A DNA stretch of 63,103 nucleotides, the filler included. It is 13 parts of 13 records of this genome, joined end to end, with 100 filler letters (N's around TTAATTAATTAA, not from the genome) between each part and the next. Parts side by side here need not be neighbours in the genome. Positions count along the whole stretch, not along the records: positions 49,028 to 54,284 come from SRR9670534_735; positions 54,385 to 57,898 come from SRR9670534_736; positions 57,999 to 60,718 come from SRR9670534_759; positions 60,819 to 63,103 come from SRR9670534_766; 9 more parts are not named here. One strand, written 5' to 3'. The notes beneath the pieces are model-generated. The model was given only the letters and a program-made list of their open reading frames with translations. It had not been told where the DNA came from and did no database searches. Each line of letters starts with the position of its first letter. The first letter of the stretch is position 1. Of this stretch, positions 51,184 through 63,103 are shown one piece after another. Position numbers and translations under genes: made by a program.

Positions 51184-53975
51184 TTTTAGAAGAAAGAGGA
51201 AATAGGAGCAATTTCTTACAAAAGCAGACAGTATCCAATTGGGTGAAGAGGTAGTTTTTATGCATAAGTTTAATCTAAAAACAGTGGTAGGCTATTGTAT
51301 TGCAGTAAAATAATAAATAATGCATAAGAAAGGTTATTATTAACTTGCAATAAAATATGATAATTTTGTTTAATAAAAATTGTAGACTTGAAACAACTTT
51401 ATTGGAGGGTTTTGAAAAGACTTTAAAACTTGTTTCCAAAGTTGAAAATTTATCAACAGTTAGAAAAAACACCCTTGAACTTTGTCTTGAAGTAATATAT
51501 ATTCATAATTTACCATATTATTAGATTTGATTTATTAGTTGGAGAAAAAAGGGTTAACCTCAAAATCAACTACAATCAGTACTGATGAGTTTCAGTTAAA
51601 CCAGGATATGCTTTGGGCTGTGTTTGTCCAGAAAATTAAGGTGATTGCCAATGCAAGCTTGGCCAATTAGCTTTAGTTACACTTAAAGTAAAAAATAAAA
51701 TAAGGCAAACACACTTACTTCATTAATTTAGTCATTGATTAATGCAGCACTGTTCCAATGTCAAACAGATTTTTCAGACATGTTGACAGCCACTTTAGCT
51801 GCTAAGTAAAACCATTTTTTCAGCAAAATTATATTAATATTTTATTATTAAAATATTATATTAATTTTATATAATAATATTTTATATATTAATAATATCT
51901 TATTAATATCAAGGTGAGATGATTTACTTTACCTTAGAGATGAGCTGGTAAATGAAATGATTTATGAAAATAAGGCAAAAATATGGGAAACTTATACTGA
52001 ACCAAAAAATTGGATAGATGATAGATTGAAAAGTGATAAAATAGCTGCAAAAGATCATCTGTTTTTGTCAAAAGCTTATGGCATTAGTCAATCCACTAAC
52101 AGGTATATTATATTATTAATAAACCTACATTTTTACCTGTATTACTGGTAAAATGTGACTACTAGAATTTAACTTTAAAATTAAATTTAAAATAGCTTTA
52201 AAATTAAATTTAAAATGTTACTATCAGTAAATTATTGCATTTTAAGTTTAATTATTTAATTTAAATTCTACATATGATTGTAATTTATTAAAAATTTTAA
52301 CATTTTTTAGTTATTTTTAAATATTTTTAAAAATTTTTAGATTAATATCCTTGCTTGACAATCAGTTAAGTTTGATCATAAATGATGTAAAGCAGTATGT
52401 TAAAGATGATGAACAAGAACATAATGACTTAATTTGGAGCCACTTAAGAAATTCCTTTGAAGAGTCTCTTAAGGAGTATTTTCTATTCTAACTATAGTAC
52501 TATAGGATCTTAATGAATGATCTATTTATCAGAATTACAAAGATTATGGAAAAGCAATGGGAAGAAGATGAATCTGATGCTGATGATAATGTGGACTTTG
52601 TCATGTCTAGGTTCAATTTATTAATATTAAATTATGAATATTAATAATATATGATAATATTATATAATATATATATAAATAATATATAGTAATATTATAT
52701 ATTATAATAATATATTTTAGATGTATATTATTGGCCAGGGTTTGTTGGTATTTGGAAGTCTTGCCCTGTCGCCAAAAACTGGGATCATTATTAATGGTAA
52801 TTAATTTATTTGTTAATTATTAACTATGATATATGAGTCAATTTTCCAGGATTCCATGTCTGGAAGTGAAAAGGAATCGTCTGAAAAGCTTCATTTTCTC
52901 CAAAGAGCTTTCTTGAAGTAGTAAAATTTCCATTTGCAGAGCACTTTACCAAAATGTATTCTTTTTTTAGGAAATTAGGTTCAAATATTGTTTCCACAGC
53001 AATTTCAGATGTTGATATTGATTCCTATTTGTCCCAAATTAATCCATTGGTATTAATAGATGTCTCATTCATAACGTAAAAAGATGTCACTATTATTTAG
53101 ATTTTTGCCAAAAAAATCAGTGATGAAGATACCAAAGAAGAACAAGAATCTGGTTTATCTTCTCCAGCAAGAGTATCTTTCATTATTATTAATTATTATT
53201 ATGAAATATTAATATTTTTATGAAAATATGAATTATGCATTTAGATAAGTTATGTTTTGGATGGATATCTTCACAAGTTGTGCCTTACATTAAATGACTA
53301 TTCTCCTCATATATTGCCAATGTATGTATTAATTATTAATAATATTTATTAATTATTAATTTTTTTTAAAAATTATAGTGAAGTCATATCTGACATATTT
53401 CGAAATGGAGTTTTTAACTTTTTTAACCTTCTACATGATAAAATAACATCATCTCCATCTGTTGAAGTTGGTGAATTTCTTGCTATTCAAGCAATTTTTG
53501 ATATAAAGTTTCTTGTTGCCCTACTTTCTTCTCAAATGCAGATTGATTCAGAATTAAATGACTTGATAACAAATCTAACAAAAACACTGGAAAAGTTAAT
53601 TGATCCATTTGATTTTGACATTTTAAATCCAAAGATGGATTTGGCAGTGCAGAAAAGTGTTGTCACATCATATGTAAGTTATGAAATTAATTAAAAAATT
53701 AATTTGTGACAATATTTTAGAATATGTATGGAAATTTGCTTCTGAACAAACCAGTTGTTTTTGGTAAATCTACTGGACAAATGGTCAATGAAATTCATAA
53801 TGTTTTTACAATGAGTACAACTACAGAAAGATTTTCATTGTTACCAATGGGTGGAACTATTGATGTTAGTGACAGTTCATCTACTATAGACTATACTGAT
53901 GAATCTACTAAAGTAATTAGTTCTAAAAGTACTCCTCATGATTTAGTTGTGAAACTATTTGGTAATACCACTTAA
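51184..53975 (+). CDS. COG1: Conserved oligomeric Golgi complex subunit 1, C-terminal ~two thirds, many short exons
   Basis: QTVSNWVKRLETTLLEGFEKTLKLVSKVENLSTVRKNTLEL (cf. recalled human QKWIHMCNEDIKNGITNLLMYVKSMKGLAGIRDAMWEL); LSKAYGISQS; AIQAIFDIKFL; LEKLIDPFDFDILNPKM; HNVFTMSTTTERFSLLPM. Confidence 0.85.
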
Positions 53976-55575
53976 TGGTACTGTTGATAGGTTTAGTATT
54001 ATTCTTGAAATTGAAATAAAAGATTGTTTTCTTACAAAATACATGTTGAAAAATTTAGCAAACATAATATGCAAATTAGCTATATAATTATGCATATCAT
54101 TACTGTATGATAATATGATATTAATTAATAATTATGCATAAACTTCATAATTATGATATAATTATTGTGTCCAAAACTTTTGGATGTTAATTTAATAACA
54201 AAAAGTAGATTGATTAGTAGTACTAATACAAGTACTAATTTAGTACACTGTACAAGTAATAACACTGTGCAACAAATTTTACTTNNNNNNNNNNNNNNNN
54301 NNNNNNNNNNNNNNNNNNNNNNNNNNNNTTAATTAATTAANNNNNNNNNNNNNNNNNNNNNNNNNNNNNNNNNNNNNNNNNNNNCCTATTGCCGCCAAAT
54401 ACAATAATTTTTATAGGTGACATCTTTTTGCAATCATTGTACAGCAATGCATATTACAGGTGTTGTGGGTGGAATGGAAATGATACATGTATTAGTGCTT
54501 TACTATTACTCGACCTAATCGAAGATAAGGCATTGACAGCTATACAATAATGCATGTATGTACATTAGATCAAAGCTGATTTCACTTTAGGTTATGAAAT
54601 GTCAATGACAACCTACAACACGTCTTTCAAACATCATTTTTCTTCAGTATTGATCGTGTTATAAATCCAGTTAAGCAATCCCAGTAATTATTATTATTAA
54701 TAATGGATTATCTGCTAACAAATAAAGTATATGATACCGCAGTGCCCTCGAAAAGCAAAAAATTTCTTCACCACCCTGCCACATTATGCAAACTTGGACA
54801 TAATATATATTATAATAATAACTTCGACATAGTATATACTATTATAATAATTATTATCTACTCAAAGTTATCAAATAAGCTAGCGAAAATATTAGTTTCG
54901 TTTTATATAATTAATAGGAAATAATCAATAAAAATATTTTTAACAAAAGTCAAATATGATAGCACATTAAAAAATATTGGTATGTTTACCATACTATGTT
55001 GTCATAAAAAACAAAACCTCATTTTATACAGTAAACATTGTGCTAGTACAATACCAGCAACAATTAGTAGAAACATTATTAAGCAACAGTAATTATTAAT
55101 TAACAAAAAATAACAAATTTTGTCATTACAACAGTTGTGCATTCATTTTGGAGTTGCATAAATAGAAGGGTCTATATGATAGACTCCATAAACACGTACT
55201 ACGTGTCATTTAGGAACTTTTCAACATATTAGAGTGTTTCAAAAATTTTTAACAGTGTTGCAATCTTGTTTAGTTAACCAAGACAAAATTAACTTTAGAA
55301 CAGATACAACCTTCAATTATGGTTATTGTTAATAATTGGCAAAAAGTAATAAGAGATGTTATTTAATTAATTAATAATGAAATTCAGAAATCTCAATGAA
55401 AGTATTTAAAGGTGAAATTTCCTTCCTTACTAATAATAGTAACGTTATTTTACAGTTAGCTATTATTGTACTTATGCTTTGTTGTTACCATAACAACGCA
55501 TGTACTGCATAGACAAGATAATGGCATCTTTTAGTTGCTACTAGTAACATGAGCAATTTATGCATAGGTAGGTAT

Positions 55576-55840
55576 TAGGGTGGTTCAAATCCAAAAGCTT
55601 TGGCTCCCCCATTTTTTGCTTCGTTTTAATGAGCGAAACAACTCTGTGAATTTTTGGCCAAAAAATTGTTGTTTTGAATTGTCGCCGGAAATGCCTTATT
55701 ATTGTTAATAATAATAAATATTAAAATTTTACAAAAAAGTATACAATAACTTTTGCTTGCTATATTTCAGACAATTTGCAGATTCATGAAAATTTAAGAG
55801 ATTAGACTCTCACAAACATTTAGACAATTGAACCACCCTA
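55576..55840. mobile_element. 265-bp hAT-like MITE, 13-bp perfect TIRs
   Basis: tagggtggttcaa...ttgaaccacccta. Flanks gtaggtat / gtagttta could be a decayed 8-bp TSD (5/8). A second family member lies at 24165-24270. Confidence 0.75.
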
Positions 55841-55880
55841 GTAGTTTATATTATTAATTTAATAACATGTGTGTTGTAAA

Positions 55881-57286
55881 TTATAAGCCTATGTAGTCAT
55901 AAGCCGATAAGCTTGCAAGTACTATGTACAAGGCCCAAAGGGACACAAAAAATATTCCAGTTATTGCTTTTGAACCTTTACCACCACCAAGTTCTCCTCC
56001 AATTATCTATAACATATTATGGTTATTGGTTACTAATAATAGTGACTATAAATAAGGTGTGATATTTGTTATTAATAATAATAATAATTATATAATTATC
56101 TATTTATACATTATTAATAATAAATAATAATAAATATGCGTTAGTTTATATATTGATCAATACTTATTAATAATCATAGTTTTCAATAAATAATATATTG
56201 ATCTATTCTTTATTATCTTCGATAATGTTGAATTAAACTTGGTAGTTATTATTAATAATAACTCATATTTGAGTACAGTATTATTTACTTTTATACAATA
56301 TATATTCAGAGAACTTACCACTCTCCTAAGGCCAATAACAAATAGACAAACTGCCCCTACAGAGGTAAATACAATAACACTAAAAAGCAAATTGTCTTTC
56401 TTAACATTATATTCTTTTCCTATGGCCGCTGCATAGATGGTACTTATAAGCCAAGGTAAGCCCAGGCCCAAAAATACATTGACACTGTTGCTACCTTATT
56501 AAAAAGTAAACGATTATTGCAAATATTGAACATTATTATTAATTTTCATGTATATTTATTGTGTATACCTGTGATATTTCCAATGGATGCATCTGCATAG
56601 TCGTCATGTTGTGCTGCACTTTTTGAGGCAAATGTGTCAGGCAAACTGGTGCCAATGGCTACCAGGGTTATCCCAGCAACACTTGTTTCTAAACCAATAA
56701 CACAGCCCAGTAAAGTTGCAAGTTGTTCGATGATGGCAGTCAAACCGCCAATAAACAGTAAGGAGAATAAAAATGTTGGAATGGCACCCAAATATCGTCT
56801 AAAAATCATTATATTACATAGATACTTTTATAGTAGCCTATATACAAGTAAAATATAACTTGTTGCAGATTTTATGCTATATTTTATTATTATTATATTA
56901 ATTATAGATAATACTCTTATTATAGCATGAAAACAGTAAGCCTAATGTCAAAGCTCTCTTACGTTGGAGGAATAAAGGCAAATAAAACTTTCCAGAAAAA
57001 TGTTAGGTAGTGTAAAATAAAGGTTGCATTGGAAGGAGGTATATTTTTGCCATTTTCATCTTTATCCATCTCTAGCATCATTGCACTAAAATTACTGGTG
57101 ATAAAGTGATTATTAGCAACAACTAATTTTAATCCTTTTGCTGTCAGATTCTGATAAATAGAACTCTATGTATAGTTTACAGTATACTAGGGATGCACAA
57201 AATGACATACTTTCGGAATTGTCCAGCCCATGTAACATCTTCCTCATCTTCAGCAATGGCTTGTGCAAGCCGTTCTTCTATGTTAT
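55881..57286 (-). CDS. Na+/Ca2+ exchanger (SLC8/NCX family), C-terminal exons
   Basis: [26 protein letters not shown]; alpha-2 repeat [61 protein letters not shown]; stop at 55883-55881. Confidence 0.95.
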
Positions 57287-58155
57287 CTAAAAATTAATTT
57301 GTTATAATTAGTAGAACCTATTACAATAATTTAAAAAAGAATAGTGTTTGCATTGTCACTAAATTATACCTATGCCTAGATAATATCTAGTACCAAGCAC
57401 TAATAAGTAGGAACTAGCTATTATTCAACAAAATATTACATAATAAAAAGTTATATTTAATAATAAGAAATTATACTTCTTCAAGAAGTTACAGTTTGAG
57501 CTAAAGTTTTGTAGACCTATATAAATACTGCGATTTGTGATTTCTACTACAGTAATAATATGAACTAATTGCATGCAATGATGAGTTCATGTGACAATTT
57601 TCAAATCATAATGATCAGAAAGTAAATAACATTGTTATTATTAATAATAATAACAATTAGGCCTAATCAATATTTATAATTATTAATCCTATAGTTGCTA
57701 TTCATTATTATTACAATCATGCCGCTATTCATTATTATTACAATATAAAAAAGTAATGCTACAAGAGTCACCAACCAAGAATGATGATTTTGTTATTTGA
57801 AGCTATAGTTATTGCTGAGAAAAACAATAATTTATTATTATCGTACTGACAGAATTTTTGTATAGGACCTATACTATAGGGTTGACCGGGGTAAAGTGNN
57901 NNNNNNNNNNNNNNNNNNNNNNNNNNNNNNNNNNNNNNNNNNTTAATTAATTAANNNNNNNNNNNNNNNNNNNNNNNNNNNNNNNNNNNNNNNNNNNNGT
58001 AAATTGAAATAAAATAACCATAACCATATTGTAATGTACATATTATGCCATGAATATTATTATAATGTATATAATTTTTATTTTGCAAACTTTACAATAT
58101 AACTGAACTTATTATTAAAAATTCAAAACGCTTAAATTTTAAAAAATGCATTTAG

Positions 58156-60596
58156 CTTCAAGCCGAACCGGTGGACTTTTTCTTGAAGAACGCAAAGCAG
58201 GCCTGTTATCACCCACTTTGAGTAGTAGTTTGAGTGCCACTCCTTTTGAGAAAACACAAAGAAGAAGTGTTCTTATAGAGCAGTTACAAAACACCCTCTT
58301 CCCAGTCGTTGATTTGCAACAACAAAAGAATTTAATCGACAACAAAACATCTCCAGGGAAACTCATTCAAGAAGGTTTTTCCAAGAACCGGCAAAGTGCT
58401 GCTATAGATCAAACAGTTAGTAAGTCTTATCATACTGGTGCTGATGTCAAGGATCTTGCCCATAGTCATACGTATGGTGTAGGACTTTCTAATACCAAAT
58501 TTACTGCTATTGATCAAAAGCTTAAATCTGCTGAAAGTACATTATCAGAGCTAGAATATTCCGTTGAACGTAACAGAGTTAAAAAATTGCGTGATTCATT
58601 TCTACTTGGTGATCCATCAACACAAAATTCATCTGCTCTTGAAGAAATGACGAAGAAAAAGAAGACACATTTAGTGACGCAAAATGAAACCTGCTATTTT
58701 TGCAAGGAAAGGGTGTACATTATGACGAAAGTCTGTATGGAAGGCATTTGCTTTCATGAAACTTGCTTTAGGTATGAATTCATACTACTACGCTATGTTC
58801 ATAAGATCCTAGTTGATTTTTGATGCAATTGCATCAAATTAATTTTTCAAGTTTTTAATTAAATGATTTATTAAGAGCTATATTTGAATGATTTTATTAT
58901 TTAAAATTAAAATTCTAATTAAAAAATGTTTTAATATTTTCAAATTAGGTGTGCTGAGTGTAACTTAAAGCTTCGAATTGGTAACTATGCAGTGTACAAG
59001 GATGAAAAACAAGGAGGAAAGATAAAATTCTACTGCTACAGTCATATTTACAAAGTAATGCTAGAAAGGAAAGGTGATCCGTCAAGAAGACAACAACCCA
59101 TACCTGAGCAAAAACAACCAGAAAAACCCGTGAAGGTTCCTGGTCGACCAACAGCAATTTATTCTATGGAGAAAAAGGATATCTCTGAAAAGGCTCTTAT
59201 TAAAAAGAAGAGATGTGTTGAAGATGATGAGCTTCCAGAAAGAATTTCGTATAGTTCTGCTAACTCATCCGACGAGGAAGATGTCGGGGAAAGCAGTTCT
59301 GACGAAGAAGAAGTTGATGAAGATAAACTAAGTCTATACAATTTTGGTTCACAATCCATGGATAATTTCTTAGACAACAATGCAGATGATTTCTATTCAA
59401 GCGATTCGGGTACGATTACGGATTCTGAATATGATTTCAATATTGATGATTGGTATGATGATGGTACCAAATCAGCGGAAAAAACACCAGAGGCAAAGAA
59501 GAAAGAACTACCAAGTGAAAAGACACCATCGCCACCAAAGGTAAGGAAGGCTTCACCTGAGAAAAAGAAGAAAGAAATTGTTGTTGAAAAGAAAGACAAA
59601 GACGAAAGCAAAGGTGAATGCGTAACTACTAAGCCAGTTTGTTTATTGTATTAGTAGTAGTGAATTAGTCATTAGTTGTTTATTAAATTATAATAATGGG
59701 TTATTTATAATATTTGTCGTGAGTCATAAAACATATGCACATAAGTAATTTGGGCAAAATTAGGGAAAATGTAAGAGATGCTGCAAAATTGTATGATATA
59801 TTTAATAATATCATAAATTTATATAAATTTTACAATCGTAAAAATTTTCATTATTTTAATAATTATCAAAATTATGAAATTTGAAGTTATGGAAATTATA
59901 GTTTAGCTATAGTTTAGTCATAGTTTAACTATGAAAATTATAGTTTATAAAATAAGACATACTTATAATGTACAAACATTTATTAAGAAAAGGAGAGAAC
60001 TCCTCCACCAACGTTACCAAAATCGGGTCCACCAACTAGAACAGAAGAAGCTTATCATATGACAGTTCGTGCAATTTCATTGATTGAAGATGACAAGCCT
60101 TCTACCAAAACCAAGCCTCCACCGCTGCAAAAGACGAAAAGTTTGCATGATGAAGACAAAGCAAAAGAACTTCCCAAAGTACCCCCCAAAAGACCTTCAC
60201 CTCCTCCCAAAAGGCCTTCGCCTCCTCCGAAAGAAGAAAAGCAAGAAACACCAATTATCATTACGGAAGCGAAAAAGAATTTCTTCTTTTGTTCATCTGA
60301 AAAGTCGGCCAATTATGTTGATAGATTAAAGCAGAATATTATAAAGAAAAGGCAGGCTTCTGATTCATCAACACCAACTACACCAATTAGTGATGAAAGT
60401 GGTAACAACATCGCAGAAGAAGTCAAATCTGAACCTATCAAGTTGGTCAGTACCAAGTTGATTGAAACAGACATGGAAAGGGAGTTTCCAGCAACTGCAG
60501 TAACATTTGAAGCCAAAGGAATAGAACCTAGACAGAGAAGACATAGTGCTGATAGTACGGATAGTAGCTATAGCAGAGGGATTGATTCAAGCTTGG
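58156..60596 (+). CDS. Internal exons of a MICAL-family protein (LIM domain, acidic and Pro-rich regions)
   Basis: ETCYFCKERVYIMTKVCMEGICFHETCFR|CAECNLKLRIGNY..KFYCYSH matches the recalled MICAL LIM (TCYFCQKRVYVMERLSAEG.FFH..CFKC..C...LRL..Y..GKFYC..H). Followed by LPERI, a poly-D/E tract and PPKRPSPP repeats. Monooxygenase/CH and coiled-coil exons are not on this contig. Confidence 0.75.
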
Positions 60597-61342
60597 GTAA
60601 TCATACATATTTAAAACTTAATCATATAAAATTAGCTCAAACTTCTTTAAAATAACTCGAATTTATATTTCAATAATGAAAATTAAGCCATATTGATTAT
60701 TCGATTTTTAAAAATTTANNNNNNNNNNNNNNNNNNNNNNNNNNNNNNNNNNNNNNNNNNNNTTAATTAATTAANNNNNNNNNNNNNNNNNNNNNNNNNN
60801 NNNNNNNNNNNNNNNNNNAATTTTCCCTAATGGCGCAAAATGGAATACGTACAGAAATTCCGGATGGAATCAGAACATTTTGCTTCATATCTCGAGAGCA
60901 GAAGAAGTTTAGAACCCCAAACTTGAAACTTAAGAAAAAAAAAGTTGGATATTGTGCTAACCAAATTTGGTAACCCAGGAACATTGATGGCGACATCTTT
61001 TACATTTGTCAAAGAAAGCAAATGTCGATATTGTCATGACCGGAAGTGATTTTGATAATGAAAAGGCTCGGGTTAGATGAAGAATTCTTTCCTCTTTTAA
61101 TCGAGATGCTGAACACCTTAATTGGACGAACCATTGGTCAGAAATGAAGCAAAAAAGATGACTATCTATTCTGGAATTAATAATAGTATATAGTATTGCA
61201 ATACTATGTAGTGCATAACAATATCATAGTAATAACTTTTGTAATGTGTGTAGTTATTATCTAATAACTTTAATTAATAATAATATTTTACAATGTATAT
61301 TATAACTTAGGTCTATAATAAATTAAAATTAATGGAAGTGAC

Positions 61343-62147
61343 TTGCAACATTTCTCGGTCACTATATATCCATGGTAGAAGACTGATAACACATGTCTGC
61401 ATGTCGAATGGATATTTTGTAACATCCATTTCACACGAGGTTTGTAGAAATATTGCAGGATCCCATAAGCATAGACCATCATAGTTTATAATAACTTTGT
61501 AGTTTTCCACTTGAGCATTAAATAAAATGTTGTTTGATGCACTAAAATATGTACAATTGATTTTATATTGATTTCTTGTTATTAAATTCCTGCTACAAAA
61601 AGTTTACCTTGCGTAATATATAAAATATATATGCAGACACATATAGATGAAATGAATAATTGGCCTAATAATATTGTATATTGCTAATGATGTCATATCA
61701 ATGATTGTTGATAAAAATAAGATTTTTTCCTATAATTAATGTACCTATTGTCTATAGCTATGTCAGGTGTCCAAATTTTGTATGCTGGCAGAATAATTCT
61801 TTCAATGTCCTTAAAATCTGAAGGTTGCCACACAAGAAATTCATCATTCCAAGACTACATGAATTATAGTTTAGTAGACTACTAGTACACGGTATGTTAT
61901 TTGAACATGGAAATAGCGAATGGCCCTAACTAATTGCACGGGCATTGATCAATTATAATTATCTTATACATATGTAACTATCAAATGTCAAAGATAATTA
62001 TCTTATACATATGTGCGATATAAATAGATAAAAGCAATAATTATTATTAATAAGGGGTTACAGCAAGTGGTTATTATTATGCTGATTTGATAGTTTTCTT
62101 ACCATGGTTATCCAGCCAATTACAGTCATCGTTTCTGATTTGGCATC
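61343..62147 (-). CDS. Cys-loop ligand-gated ion channel (nicotinic acetylcholine receptor-like) extracellular-domain exons
   Basis: DAKSETMTVIGWITM|SWNDEFLVWQPSDF..KIWTPDIAIDN|..YDGLCLWDPAIFLQTSCEMDVTKYPFDMQTC..PWIY (Cys-loop and loop B Trp). Exons about 62147-62103, 61855-61746, 61541-61343. Confidence 0.9.
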
Positions 62148-63103
62148 CTTTAATAAAAATGAAAATTTTATTAACATGTCAGAATAAGTTTAAACAATTG
62201 TTTGAATATTTGCATAAATAAGATTACTATTATTTATAATCTTATATAACATGGTATTTTTTATAAATATGTAACATTGTATTTTGCATTTAATATAGTG
62301 TATTTTTACATGCAATATAATATATTAGGGCATTATTATAATAATGGTAACGCAATGCATTGCATATTATTAATAATAGTTGCAAAATAGTTAAATATAT
62401 GGAGTTATTATAATACAGTAATTCCATAATCGCTGCGGCGCAACGACCATCCTTCGTTCCATGCATTGCAATGAACCTGGCGCGATTATAATAATCATTA
62501 GGGTAGGCTTAGCCTAAGGGTCATAACACTTCTGAGTTAATAATAAAAATAATAGTAATATAAATGCTCTTAAAATACTTACTGTAAAATACTGTAAAAT
62601 ACTTAGTAAAAATAAAATACAATTGTACATAGGTGCAAACGGTAGCATAACGAGGCGTTTTATAATTGACTCTATGTATACCGCGCATTTTTATAAAAAT
62701 TACAATACAGTGGTAACCTAGCAACGGCAAGTAATAATAATGTGAAAAATTAAAAATGTTAATTGATTTCTCGCCGTATGCAGATAGTTCGACAACTATA
62801 TTCAAAATATCTATATTACATCTATATCAATTCGTTGCTGGGTTACCTTACCACTTTACCACTGTTTCTAAAAGAAAATAATAAACTAAAATTATCTAAA
62901 TACAAAGACTACTTATTGAATAATTCATTTGCATTATACATTTGCTATAGTTTTGCGATCACAGAACGTATCACTAGATTAATTATTATAATTAACCTAT
63001 TAGTTATATCATTCTATTAATAGTAAAAACTGATACTTTTCTGCAAAAAAAATACATATTACCTACTATTCATTCAATAATAATAGTAATAATAATAATA
63101 ATA

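Overview
AT-rich (~30% GC) animal genomic DNA with many short GT-AG introns (often 45-70 bp). A mei-P26/NHL-2 orthologue and a Cad99C-like cadherin suggest a protostome invertebrate; the species cannot be named. The window is not contiguous: 13 contigs are joined by 12 identical artificial linkers (N44-TTAATTAATTAA-N44), so adjacency across linkers means nothing. Reconstructed genes, mostly partial: DEPDC5 (3' part), Cad99C/PCDH15-like cadherin, a polycystin-channel exon, PSMG3 (missed by the ORF track), an ependymin-related protein, XPNPEP3, an orphan 369-aa protein with a Death-domain-like C-terminus, TMEM26-like, SLC28, an elastase-like S1 protease, an intronless peptide GPCR, BPHL, mei-P26, an LRR protein apparently nested antisense in COG1, an NCX, a MICAL-like LIM region and a nicotinic-type Cys-loop receptor. 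Several MITE/foldback elements are also present. I cannot demonstrate a new biological system. The best leads are the orphan Death-like protein, a CpG-erased cassette of decayed intronless ORFs (possible endogenous virus or Polinton), repeated CTCF-like AGATGKCGC motifs, mosaic CpG depletion and recurring perfect palindromes with a 1-nt spacer. All family calls come from recalled motifs, not database searches.
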